Part shown: positions 31,489 through 42,043 of the stretch, in pieces
Numbering within the stretch: the stretch's first letter is position 1
How the letters are laid out: every line of letters starts with the position of its first letter
Assembly: GCA_965237955.1 (NCBI GenBank)
Contig: OZ250169.1
Span: 5,984,001-6,048,000, forward strand
DNA: 64,000 nt
Direction of reading: 5' to 3'
From: Candidatus Marinacidobacterales bacterium
GTDB lineage: Bacteria; Acidobacteriota; Vicinamibacteria; Marinacidobacterales; SMYC01
Notes under the pieces: generated by a model
Database searches by the model: none
What the model saw: the letters and a program-made list of their open reading frames with translations, nothing else
What the model was told of the DNA's origin: nothing
Made by a program: the position numbers and the translations under genes

Positions 31489-32535
31489 CTATTCATGCTC
31501 CGCCCTCCATTCTTTGTTTTGGTAACAAAATTCAGGGTTCTTCAGTGTGGGATGTCCCTGCACGTGGTGGTAGGTCTCTAAATCAGGAACGCGGGTCAGC
31601 ATGACCTCCATTAAATTCTTGAGGGCCCTCACTTTATTCACTACAGAAGGCGTTGCGACGGAACTCTCCGCAATATAGCGCCGGGCAATCGTTTCAAAAT
31701 CCTCCGGATCTCTCCCGACGATGTCCTTCACCACGCTGGTCGGCGCGCTTACTTCCATGGTTCCGTTGAACGCTTCCTCGTTGTAATCCGCGACCTGGGA
31801 ATACGTATAGATTGGGAGTCCGGCCGCCTTTACCGCCTTTCGAAACATTTGTTTGGACATTTTCTGAACCACAACCTTTCTTCCCAGGATCTTCCCGATA
31901 ATGTCCGCCATTTCCTGCGTCGAGAGGATCTTGGGTCCGGTCGGGCGATAGGTTTTTCCTGTGTGTTTTTCTGGGTCCTTAAGGATATGGGCCGCCACCG
32001 CGCCCATATCCTCATTGGACGGGAGGGCGTTCTTTCCCATGTCAGGCATGATTCCCATTTGGGCAATGAGCTCTAAGGACAGAAAGTAGACAAAAGGGAA
32101 GGCCCAGCTTGGGTTGATGATGGTGTATTTCACCGTTGGGGACATCATGACGATCCGGTCCGTAAGCCAATGTTCACGCGTCGTTAACGAGGGGTGGGTA
32201 CTGGAAGAAAAGAATTGGGTCATGGAAACCACATGCTCCAGCTGCATCTCCTCTGCGGCCACGGCGAAAGTCATTCCCGTGAAAAGACTGTACGGGGCAT
32301 AGGGCTGGCACAAATAGGCTCTCTTGATCCCTTCCATCGACTTCCTCACATCACGTACGTCGTTCATGTTTCCGGCAAGGATTTCTGCCCCCAGCCTTTT
32401 AAGCTCTTTCGCGTTCTGCTTGTTCGGGTCGCGGACAAAGGCTCGGACTGGAAAACCGAGTCCCAACAGCTCTTTTGCCGCCGGGAACCCCGTATGGCTG
32501 TTCGCTGCCGTGATCAAGATCTTTTCCCTAGTCAT
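31489..32535 (-). CDS. NmrA-family NAD(P)-binding protein
   Basis: KILITAANSHTG, VRAFVRD and EDMGAVAA...GKTY.PTGP; lower GC than flanks. Confidence 0.85.
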   Translation of the reverse strand: MTREKILITAANSHTGFPAAKELLGLGFPVRAFVRDPNKQNAKELKRLGAEILAGNMNDVRDVRKSMEGIKRAYLCQPYAPYSLFTGMTFAVAAEEMQLEHVVSMTQFFSSSTHPSLTTREHWLTDRIVMMSPTVKYTIINPSWAFPFVYFLSLELIAQMGIMPDMGKNALPSNEDMGAVAAHILKDPEKHTGKTYRPTGPKILSTQEMADIIGKILGRKVVVQKMSKQMFRKAVKAAGLPIYTYSQVADYNEEAFNGTMEVSAPTSVVKDIVGRDPEDFETIARRYIAESSVATPSVVNKVRALKNLMEVMLTRVPDLETYHHVQGHPTLKNPEFCYQNKEWRAEHE

Positions 32536-32778
32536 AGTGGTTCTCCGTTCGGCATTCTACATCCTGGATTCCAAGCGGAATGAGAAGCCTGCCCGCTGGC
32601 TAGCCGGACTCCGCTCATACTGTTCTCTGGGCTACGGCTACCTGCGCCACACCGCCGTGCACAGTAGAGGGTATGATCGCCGGACGCTCGTCGGCAGGAA
32701 GGTCGAGTGCCAAACGCTGCAGCGTGGGCACATGTTCGAGGAGCTTCGGGGCCGTGGACGGATCGTCCTCGCTGCTCT

Positions 32779-32994
32779 TCGAAAAAGCTCGCAAATCACG
32801 TCGCGGCCTCCGCCTTGTTCATCAACTTCTACAATCTCTGCCGTATCCACACCAGCCTGCGTGTCACGCCCGCGATGGAAGCTGGTGTATCCGATCACGT
32901 GTGGACCGTCGAAGAAATGATCGGCCTCCTTGAAGAGACCGAAGCGAAACAGCCTCGAAAACATGGACCCTACAGAAAGAAATCGAAGAGCTAA
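32779..32994 (+). mobile_element. IS1-family transposase C-terminal remnant
   Basis: SKKLANH...YNLCRIHTSLRVTPAMEAGVSDHVW. Confidence 0.75.
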
Positions 32995-33182
32995 TTCTGG
33001 CAGTAGGTCAGTTTGATTTTTTCCGCCGCCTGGGCGGCTTTGGCGGCTCTCAAATAATTGGGCGCGAATCCGTCTCTCCTGCATCACTACATGGCTTGCG
33101 CCGAGCGCGAGAAGGAGTCTCTCGGGCCTTGCTTTCCCGCTAGTTTTTGCTGCGTTCTGAAACGGTTCACGGCGTTCCTCCC

Positions 33183-33557
33183 TCAGGGGTGCAGATGGAA
33201 GACCTTGTTCATGATCTTCCACTCCCCGTCGACTTTTAGCAGCGTGAACATGTCGGTGTACCGACTACCGGTCCAGTTGTCGAGTTCGAGCCGTACGGTG
33301 GCGACCGTGCCAATGAGGTCGATGCTGGCGATCCGTGCTTGGAGCCTCGTCGCTGGATCGTTCTCGTCAACCCAGTCAAAAAGCCGCTGGATATGGCCGG
33401 CGAACAAGTCGGCACCGGCATAACCGAAGATCGTCGCGTCCTCGTGGAAGGCGGGCTTCATGTCGTCGCCTACGCCGGACTTGGCGCCATCGATGTAGTG
33501 CTGGACGACGTTGGCGATCACGTCGTACTCGCTCACGTTTAAAGTTGCAGTACTCAT
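33183..33557 (-). CDS. NTF2-like (putative lumazine-binding) protein
   Basis: VQHYIDGAKSG...AFHEDA...YTDMFTLLKVDGEWKIMNKVF. Confidence 0.88.
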   Translation of the reverse strand: MSTATLNVSEYDVIANVVQHYIDGAKSGVGDDMKPAFHEDATIFGYAGADLFAGHIQRLFDWVDENDPATRLQARIASIDLIGTVATVRLELDNWTGSRYTDMFTLLKVDGEWKIMNKVFHLHP

Positions 33558-33891
33558 GAGTTCACTCCTTACCTATTGACGATTAGCCATTCACTTGTGC
33601 GCCGATGGTCCTCACTCCCGAGATCTGGACCATCCTCTTCAAAATGCTCTTTAAAATATTGCATTCAAAGTGTTTCTTGCTTTAGAGATACGATCGAATC
33701 AACACCATAAGTTAGGGGGTTGCCTCAACAAGACCTCCCCAGTGGCGCTTGTACCCGTCCATGGGGCCTCCTCGGAATTGGGGAAAGTCGTCCAGTTCAA
33801 ACGAACGGGGCAGTTAGGAAGCGAACTAACACAACGAATCACTCAACGCAAGTTGAGAGGGCGAAACCAGACCACTACCGAATAAAATTAA

Positions 33892-35610
33892 GGTTCTCCT
33901 GTCGTTTCGGGGGATCTGATTTGTGTTGGAGGGCATGGCCTATGGACGGTGCCGCGATTGTGGAAAACGCCGGAAACTCCGGGCGAGAGAGGCGTTTAGG
34001 GAAAGGTTGTGAGCACGTACAAACGTGGAGCGGCGTTTTCCACAATCGCTTGGAAAACGCTTCGCGTTTCCCACGAGCGCCCACAGGCCCCTCCTGATAT
34101 ATATACAAGAAAGATTAATTCATATGGAATAAGGAAGGGGGGGCTCGATTAGTGGAGGCTATGGAAAACGCCCTTCCAGGCTTCGAAGAGAACTCAGCCG
34201 TGAGCAAGGTCTGAACGACCAGAACCGTGGGGGCGTTTCCCACAGCCTCGTCTCCCGCTGAGGGGCAGTGGCATTTGGTGAGGCCCGTGGGTTGAGAGGG
34301 TAAGCCATGTGTAGATGCGCATCGGCGAGAACGCTAGAATCTTTTTTTCCGAAAGAGAAAAGAGCGTTCCCGCGATGCGCGTTACTACGTTAGTCAACAA
34401 GCTCATCGGATTGCAAGGCCTGTGGGTCCGAGGTTTCCACTTCCAGGCGGACAAAGCCAGAGTGGTGGTGGATGTAGTACCACGGAGGAGGAAGCCTCTG
34501 TGCGGGATTTGCGGACGAAAGGTCCGCAAGAACAAAGATCGCTACAATCGCTACTGGCGGCACTTGGACCTGTTCGGAGTCCGGACCTATCTTCGCTACT
34601 CGATCCGACGAGTGGTATGTCGGCGGTGTGGAGTGGTCAGAGAAAAGGTGCCTTGGGCCGACAAGGGAAGCCGCTTTACCAAAAGCTTCGAACAAGAGGT
34701 AGCGTGGCTGGCACAGAGGACGGACGTCAGCGCCGTAGCGAACTATTTCCGAGTGACGTGGCGTTCGGTGCGACGGATCATCCAGCGAGTGGTTGCCGAG
34801 CAGCGGGATGAGCGGCGCGAGCTCGATGGATTGCGGGTGATTGGGATGGACGAGATCAGCTACCGCAAACGCCACAAGTACTTAACAGTGGTAATAGACC
34901 ATCTCAGCGGCCGGGTCGTCTGGGCGGGAAAGGAGCGCAAGGCCAAGACGCTGCTGCGGTTTTTCCGCAAGCTCGGACCACAAAGAGCCGCGGAGCTCGA
35001 AGCGGTCAGCATGGACATGTGGGAGCCGTACATAACTGTCGTCGGCAAAAAGGCTCCTCAGGCACGGGTGATCTTTGACCGCTTCCACATCGTCAAGCAT
35101 CTGAACGAGGCCGTGGATAAGACCCGGCGCGAGCTGGTGCGCGAGCTCAAAGGGACTGCCCGGCGCAACCTCAAGAACACCAAGTTTCCCCTTCTCAAGG
35201 CCAAACACAACCGCAGCGCGAAAGACAAACGGGTGCTCCGCGAGCAGGTGCGAGCTAATCGTCGCCTCTACCGCGCCATGCTTCTGCGCGACGACTTCAT
35301 GGACCTCTACACCTACAAAACCGAGACATGGGCCAAGAAGTTTCTCCGAGGATGGCTGCGGCGCGCTATGAGCTCGAGGATAGAGCCCGTCAAACGCGCG
35401 GCGAAGATGATCCGCAGCCACTTCGATGGCGTCATCGCGTGGGTCACGTGGAGACTCAGCAACGGCCGACTCGAAGGAATGAACAACAAAATCCGGCTGC
35501 TGAGCCACCGCAGCTTTGGACTCCACTCTGCCGAAGCTCTCATCAGTCTCGTCTACCTAAACTGTGGCGGTCTCACCCTCGAGAGGATCCACTGAAATGG
35601 CAGGAGAGGC
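33892..35610 (+). mobile_element. ISL3-family element, copy 1 (1719 bp)
   Basis: IRs GGTTCTCCTGTCGTTTC / GCCTCTCCTGCCATTTC; 8-bp TSD AAAATTAA at 33884-91 and 35611-18. Confidence 0.93.
34375..35595 (+). CDS. ISL3 transposase (intact)
   Basis: Two CxxC zinc-ribbon pairs; GMDE, SMDMW, DRFH and SNGRLEGMNNKI motifs. Confidence 0.95.
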   Translation: MRVTTLVNKLIGLQGLWVRGFHFQADKARVVVDVVPRRRKPLCGICGRKVRKNKDRYNRYWRHLDLFGVRTYLRYSIRRVVCRRCGVVREKVPWADKGSRFTKSFEQEVAWLAQRTDVSAVANYFRVTWRSVRRIIQRVVAEQRDERRELDGLRVIGMDEISYRKRHKYLTVVIDHLSGRVVWAGKERKAKTLLRFFRKLGPQRAAELEAVSMDMWEPYITVVGKKAPQARVIFDRFHIVKHLNEAVDKTRRELVRELKGTARRNLKNTKFPLLKAKHNRSAKDKRVLREQVRANRRLYRAMLLRDDFMDLYTYKTETWAKKFLRGWLRRAMSSRIEPVKRAAKMIRSHFDGVIAWVTWRLSNGRLEGMNNKIRLLSHRSFGLHSAEALISLVYLNCGGLTLERIH

Positions 35611-35629
35611 AAAATTAAAAAGACCCCAC

Positions 35630-35815
35630 TACCGCCGTCGTCATCCACGCCGAGGTGCAGCTTCTGCCACACCCGACGCGCCTTCGAACTCTTGTGCCTG
35701 TGGGCGTGCCACTCACCGGCACCGGAGATTTGGAGTCCTGTAGAGTCGACGAAGATGGATCGGGCCATCATGCGTTTTGGAGGGAGAGGGCATGTCGATG
35801 TTCCGTGTTTCGCCG
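35630..35815 (-). mobile_element. IS5-family transposase remnant
   Basis: VDSTGLQISGAGEW...RRVWQKLHLGVD. Confidence 0.75.
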
Positions 35816-35848
35816 CGACAGCGTGGTGTGATCCGGTGATTTCCTCTG

Positions 35849-36531
35849 GTGAACTTGCGCGCGGCCATGGTTACCACGGCACTGCTCGAGGACTTGGTCG
35901 AGCGGGGCTTGAATCCCGAGCGGCCGCGTCTGTTCGTGATCGACGGTTCGCAGGCGTTGCGCCGGGCCATCGATGCGGTGTTCGGCTCTCGGAACAAAGT
36001 GCAGCGATGTAGAAAGCACAAGGAGAGGAATGTTCTCGGCTACCTCCCCGAGGAGCTGAAGCCGCAGGTGCAGTCGACCCTACGCTCGGCGTGGCAGTTA
36101 CCCCCGGCCAAAGGGAAAGCGCGCCTCGAGAAGCTGGCCAAGTGGTTCGAGGACGAGTACCCGTCGGCCGCGGCAAGCGTGCGCGAAGGTCTCGACGAGA
36201 TGTTCACCATCAACGAACTCGGGCAGCCTGCAACCCTGCGGCGTTGTCTCGGTTCTACGAACATCATCGAGTCCGGCTTCAGCGGTACCAGGGGTCGAAC
36301 TCGACGAGTGACCAACTGGAAAGATGGTTCCATGGTTCTGCGATGGGCCGCCTCCGCCTTGCTCGCAACCGAGAAGAACTTCCGGCGCGTCCTGGGTTTC
36401 GAGTCGCTGCCCATCTTAGAAGCCAAGCTCAAGGAGCTCGCCCTAGGCAAAGACATTGTTCGTGAGGAGAAGGTCAGCTAGAATAACGATGACTGGAGCC
36501 GCCAACCTTCAACTGCCTCCGGGGCATCTCC
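35849..36531 (+). mobile_element. Second IS256-type element, 3' remnant with right IR
   Basis: VIDGS, VQRCRKHKERN and STNIIES motifs; ends TTCAACTGCCTCCGGGGCATCTCC. Confidence 0.8.
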
Positions 36532-36639
36532 CTCGGTCGGGCTGAACAGAGAGGGTGGCTGTGACGCCGGGTCTGCAACGCGTCCAATTTGACTATATCG
36601 ACGTTCTCGGTTATAGCCTCCAAACTAAGGAGGTGTAAT

Positions 36640-36984
36640 ATGCGGAAGTTAGCCCTGCTAACTTTAGGTTGCGTTGGACTGGCCGGTGTCCTTCTCGCTT
36701 TACAGCAAAAGTACCCCAACGCGCCGGCAGAAGTGGTTTTTGAGAACGATAAAGTGGTTGTACAGCGCCTCATCTCGGAGGCGGGTAAATGGACCGGTGA
36801 GCATTCCCACGCAGGTAAGCAACTTGTCGTGAGCCTAAAAGGTGGCACTACAACCTTCAAAGAGGGTGGCGAGGAGAGGGAGCAAACGAGTAAGGCCGGA
36901 GACGTGTTGTGGGTGGACGCGGTCGAAGCCCACGATCACAAGTCGGACACCGGCGGCGAAGCCATTCTGATCACCATCAAATAG
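36640..36984 (+). CDS. Secreted cupin-like protein
   Basis: SD AAGGAGG; promoter TTGACT-17-TATAGC (36589-36617); VFENDKV and HSH...H motifs. Confidence 0.75.
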   Translation: MRKLALLTLGCVGLAGVLLALQQKYPNAPAEVVFENDKVVVQRLISEAGKWTGEHSHAGKQLVVSLKGGTTTFKEGGEEREQTSKAGDVLWVDAVEAHDHKSDTGGEAILITIK

Positions 36985-37230
36985 TCGCTCGCGAATCATG
37001 GAAAGGGGGTAAGGGTCGGACCGACAATCCGGCCCGCCCAACCTGGTAGTGCCAGATTCCAGGTGGCATCAGTCCACTCGATTGCTCCCACCAGTCCGAA
37101 AATCGCATATCGAGTTTTATGGAAGGGACAGGATACCGAGCGAGGATCACCGCTATGCGGCACTTCTGGACGGAAAACCGGGTTCCGATTACCATCATCC
37201 TTCACACCATGCTTCTAGCGACCCTGTAAG

Positions 37231-37307
37231 TGGTACGCCTGGCGGGACTCGAACCCACGACCTATGGATTAGGAATCCATCGCTCTATCCTACTGAGCTA
37301 CAGGCGC
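37231..37307 (-). tRNA. tRNA-Arg(CCT)
   Basis: Cloverleaf GCGCCTG...ATGGA-TTCCTAA-TCCAT...GGTTCGAGTCC...CAGGCGT-ACCA. Confidence 0.97.
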
Positions 37308-37547
37308 GCACTCGCTTGCGTCGCTCACTAGCGTAGGCAAACGCTCTTCGCTTGTCCAGTACCGCCATATGCCCCTCCCCGCAATGCGTGCGATGGCGCA
37401 CACTTGCTTCCGACCATCACGTGGTACTACTATGCGCTCGCTACGGTTTCTCTGGCGCTGAAACCGCTCTCGCGTCCGTCCCCGCGCCTGCGGGCAATGC
37501 GTTCCTATCTCTTTCTTGGGACGAACGCTCTTCTTGGAGAAAAGCAT

Positions 37548-38087
37548 ATGCGGAATAACAGAGGTTTCACCTTAATCGAGCTACTCATCGTCGTCGCCAT
37601 CATCGGCATCATCGCCGCGATCGCGATTCCGAGTCTTCTCCGCGCCCGGGTCTCCGCCAACGAGGCTCAAGCGATCGGTGATACCCGTTCGGTGATTTCC
37701 GCTGAGCAGACGTACGCGTCCGCCAACGGTGGAATGTTCTCGAACTTGGTCAACCTCTGCCGGAACGGCGGCAACTGCGCCGGCATCGGCATCCCGAACT
37801 ATCCGACCGCCGCTCCGGAGTTCTGCGGTGGCGACCTCGGCCGCACTTCGCCTTACACGAAGTCCGGCTACTCGCGCCAGTGGACTGCGGGTCAGGCTCC
37901 GACCAGCGTGTCGACGAACTTGGATCCGGCCAGCGTGCTCGACTACTGCTACGACTCCTCGCCGGCCAGCCTTGGTCTGACGGGTGCGCGTTCGTTCTCG
38001 GGCTCGGCTACCGGTGCGCTCTACGTGGATCCGTCGGGTGCACAGGTCGCTTGCCCCATCCCTGCTGCGACCGCGTTTCTAGAGTAG
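37548..38087 (+). CDS. Type IV pilin-like protein
   Basis: MRNNRG/FTLIELLIVVAIIGIIAAIAIP class III signal peptide. Confidence 0.92.
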   Translation: MRNNRGFTLIELLIVVAIIGIIAAIAIPSLLRARVSANEAQAIGDTRSVISAEQTYASANGGMFSNLVNLCRNGGNCAGIGIPNYPTAAPEFCGGDLGRTSPYTKSGYSRQWTAGQAPTSVSTNLDPASVLDYCYDSSPASLGLTGARSFSGSATGALYVDPSGAQVACPIPAATAFLE

Positions 38088-38178
38088 CCGCGGTCGCCCT
38101 CAGCCGTTCAGCCTTTCCGTACGAGGCGGCAGGGTCGGCGGGTTCACCACCTCGGCCCGGTCCGGGACGCGGCTCGAC

Positions 38179-38586
38179 TCACGCCTGGCGCCGGGTGCGC
38201 GAATCGGTGTCCTGAACTTCCTCCCAAGCGCTTCGAATCTTGAGCCGCAGTTTTTGGCGGGCGTCGCGCTCCGCCATCGTCAAGAAGCTGTAGGACGACT
38301 TGGTGAGTTTCTGAAGGAACGAGATCTCTAGCTGCGTGAGGAAGAGCTCGACGCCGCCTTCGGAGCTTCCCGGCAGCGTGATATCGGACAGCTTGCGACC
38401 AAAGGCTTGGCGCGCATGGCGTTCTTCTTCAGTAATGAAGTGGTATTCCGATCGAAGGAGCTTCTGGACGAACGTGAGCTCCTGATGCGTCAGCCGAATG
38501 GTGGCTCGTCGATTGTTCCCTATCGGCATGGTGTCCTCTGTTACGTCGTAGTTGTCTTTCATAGAATTCTGCGCGTCGAGGTTCAC
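38179..38586 (-). CDS. Hypothetical protein with a tandem internal repeat
   Basis: LTHQELTFVQKLLRSEYHFITEEERHARQ versus LTQLEISFLQKLTKSSYSFLTMAERDARQ. Confidence 0.7.
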   Translation of the reverse strand: MNLDAQNSMKDNYDVTEDTMPIGNNRRATIRLTHQELTFVQKLLRSEYHFITEEERHARQAFGRKLSDITLPGSSEGGVELFLTQLEISFLQKLTKSSYSFLTMAERDARQKLRLKIRSAWEEVQDTDSRTRRQA

Positions 38587-38688
38587 GCAGCCTCAATTTT
38601 GTAATGGTTCTGCTCGTCCGGAGTGCGGTCGTAGCTACGAGAGTGTGCCGTGGCCTGCTCGTACACTTCCTCCTCCGAAGAGCCAGAC

Positions 38689-40145
38689 GGAGATGTCCCG
38701 GCCGCTGTTGAATTTGGTCGGGTAGCGGCGGCACCTGTGAATACTCTTAGGCAGCAACCTCATCGCTGTCAAGAGATTTCTGTTTGCTTCTAAGCGCGTG
38801 AACGAGAGCGCCCATATGGCGATAGCCTTTGATACGGTGAAACTTTTTCTCCGCCGTGACGACGCCGAGAGCGGTCCATCGGCGAATCATGGAAGGACTC
38901 TTCCACCGCTTGACGTTTCTCGAGACTCTGCGGATGGTGCCGTTGAGATTCTCGATGGCGTTTGTCGTGGCCAGAGATTTGCGAAGTAACTCGGGTAGAG
39001 CGAGCTTCACAACCGTGAGGGTCTCTTCCATCCCTTCGCGAAGGCTTCCGGCAGCTTCGTCGTAGCCGTTTCGCTCGAGCCACGACACCAATGCCTGAAG
39101 TCGCTTGCGCGCCTTGTCGGCACTCTTGCATTTGTACGCTTCCTTCATTGTCTGGAGCACGTAGGCGTGACGGGACTTGGGAAGGTACGAGCGTAGATTT
39201 CGTAGTTTGTGGAGCTGGCATCTTTGGATAACCGCGAGATCCCCAAAAACGTCGACGAGTTCTTTGCGGATCCCTTTGCCTCCGTCCACTACGCAGAGAA
39301 TCGATTCGTCGATCCGCAATCCCCGCTCGAGAAGGTTCTGCAACATCGCGGTGCACACCGAGTTTTCCGTCGAGCCCAGCCATATACCCAAGGGCACCTT
39401 CGTTCCATCTATTGTGATACCGAGAGTTACGACGACGGTCTGTCCGGCCACCTCAAGGCCATCCAGCATCAGTGCCGCAAGCTCGAACTCCTCTAGCCGC
39501 CGAGACAGGTATTCCTCGAGCTTCTTAGTCGTCTGGCTCACGAGGTGACGGCTGGCGGCACTCTTGCTCGTGCCACGAGACTTCAACTTCGCCGAGGGTT
39601 TTGTCCAGACTCGATTCGTAATTTCGGGTCGATACCCCCACCAAGATCTGGTTCAGCACTCGCTCCGGAAGCGGGTCTTCTTCGCGGAAGGCTTCGAAGT
39701 GTGGAAGCGACGCCTCCTCGCCCGACTTCGAACGAACTCGAGGTCGCGACACTTGGATTCGACGACCGCCGAAGCTCAGCTCCCCATCCGTGCTCCCCCA
39801 GTGGTTATGAGTTCGCTCCTTCTCGTGCTTGCCCTTCGGCCCCGCGATCTTCTCCGCGTCCTCTCTCAGGAGTAGGTGCAATGCGGTCAGTCCTTGCTCG
39901 TACACCCATTCCGTCAGGTCCGCCTTCGTGGCCGCGATCCCAGCTATCATCGGTAGCAGTATCTGACCGACTTGGCCAACTACCTTGCCCGTAGGCGAGT
40001 GCGTTTGCTTTCTTACTGGCTTCTTTAATTTCCTTGGCATGGTGGCTCCTTGTCCCCTCTGGAGACGGTTGGTTTGGCAGACCTATTCTTAGGTCGGCCA
40101 AGGAGCCGCCGCTACCCCAAATTCAACATCCGGCGGGACATCCCC
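38689..40145 (-). mobile_element. IS256-family element, copy 2 (1457 bp)
   Basis: Near-identical to 3222-4678, with the same frameshift; TSD AGCCAGAC at 38681-88 and 40146-53. Confidence 0.95.
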
Positions 40146-40324
40146 AGCCAGACACCATGTAAGGTTTCGTCACGTTGGGATGCGTTACGTCGACGAGCAC
40201 CACGCGGTCTCGGAACCGCACCAGGTTCCACGCATGGCGCCTTTGAAAATGTAGAAGCGGAGATTTCCCTTCACGAGACGGCAGTCGATGCCCGCTTCCT
40301 GCAGATACAGTTGGAAGAAAATAG

Positions 40325-42043
40325 GGTTCTCCTGTCGTTTCGGGGGATCTGATTTGTGTTGGAGGGCATGGCCTATGGACGCTGCCGCGATTGTGGAAAA
40401 CGCCGGAAACTCCGGGCGAGAGAGGCGTTTAGGGAAAGGTTGTGAGCACGTACAAACGTGGAGCGGCGTTTTCCACAATCGCTTGGAAAACGCTTCGCGT
40501 TTCCCACGAGCGCCCACAGGCCCCTCCTGATATATATACAAGAAAGATTAATTCATATGGAATAAGGAAGGGGGGGCTCGATTAGTGGAGGCTATGGAAA
40601 ACGCCCTTCCAGGCTTCGAAGAGAACTCAGTCGTGAGCAAGGTCTGAACGACCAGAACCGTGGGGGCGTTTCCCACAGCCTCGTCTCCCGCTGAGGGGCA
40701 GTGGCATTTGGTGAGGCCCGTGGATTGAGAGGGTAAGCCATGTGTAGATGCGCATCGGCGAGAACGCTAGAATCTTTTTTTCCGAAAGAGAAAAGAGCGT
40801 TCCCGCGATGCGCGTTACTACGTTAGTCAACAAGCTCATCGGATTGCAAGGCCTGTGGGTCCGAGGTTTCCACTTCCAGGCGGACAAAGCCAGAGTGGTG
40901 GTGGATGTAGTACCACGGAGGAGGAAGCCTCTGTGCGGGATTTGCGGACGAAAGGTCCGCAAGAACAAAGATCGCTACAATCGCTACTGGCGGCACTTGG
41001 ACCTGTTCGGAGTCCGGACCTATCTTCGCTACTCGATCCGACGAGTGGTATGTCGGCGGTGTGGAGTGGTCAGAGAAAAGGTGCCTTGGGCAGACAAGGG
41101 AAGCCGCTTTACCAAAAGCTTCGAACAAGAGGTAGCGTGGCTGGCACAGAGGACGGACGTCAGCGCCGTAGCGAACTATTTCCGAGTGACGTGGCGTTCG
41201 GTGCGACGGATCATCCAGCGAGTGGTTGCCGAGCAGCGGGATGAGCGGCGCGAGCTCGATGGATTGCGGGTGATTGGGATGGACGAGATCAGCTACCGCA
41301 AACGCCACAAGTACTTAACAGTGGTAATAGACCATCTCAGCGGCCGGGTCGTCTGAGCGGGAAAGGAGCGCAAGGCCAAGACGCTGCTGCGGTTTTTCCG
41401 CAAGCTCGGACTACAAAGAGCCGCGGAGCTCGAAGCGGTCAGCATGGACATGTGGGAGCCGTACATAACTGTCGTCGGCAAAAAGGCTCCTCAGGCACGG
41501 GTGATCTTTGACCGCTTCCACATCGTCAAGCATCTGAACGAGGCCGTGGATAAGACCCGGCGCGAGCTGGTGCGCGAGCTCAAAGGGACTGCCCGGCGCA
41601 ACCTCAAGAACACCAAGTTTCCCCTTCTCAAGGCCAAACACAACCGCAGCGCGAAAGACAAACGGGTGCTCCGCGAGCAGGTGCGAGCTAATCGTCGCCT
41701 CTACCGCGCCATGCTTCTGCGCGACGACTTCATGGACCTCTACACCTACAAAACCGAGACATGGGCCAAGAAGTTTCTCCGAGGATGGCTGCGGCGCGCT
41801 ATGAGCTCGAGGATAGAGCCCGTCAAACGCGCGGCGAAGATGATCCGCAGCCACTTCGATGGCGTCATCGCGTGGGTCACGTGGAGACTCAGCAACGGCC
41901 GACTCGAAGGAATGAACAACAAAATCCGGCTGCTGAGCCACCGCAGCTTTGGACTCCACTCTGCCGAAGCTCTCATCAGTCTCGTCTACCTAAACTGTGG
42001 CGGTCTCACCCTCGAGAGGATCCACTGAAATGGCAGGAGAGGC
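40325..42043 (+). mobile_element. ISL3-family element, copy 2; transposase has a nonsense codon
   Basis: Near-identical to 33892-35610; TGG to TGA at 41354-56; TSD AAAATAG at 40318-24 and 42045-51. Confidence 0.93.

Noticed and set aside
37394-37407. sigma54 promoter for the pilin (TGGCGCACACTTGC)
   Set aside because: The GG-to-GC spacing is one base short of the strict requirement.
3222-40145. Composite transposon bounded by the two IS256 (or two ISL3) copies
   Set aside because: Each copy has its own matched TSD, so these are independent insertions.
10878-41356. Stop-codon recoding as an explanation for in-frame stops
   Set aside because: All three stop codons terminate normal genes here, and ISL3 copy 1 has TGG where copy 2 has TGA.
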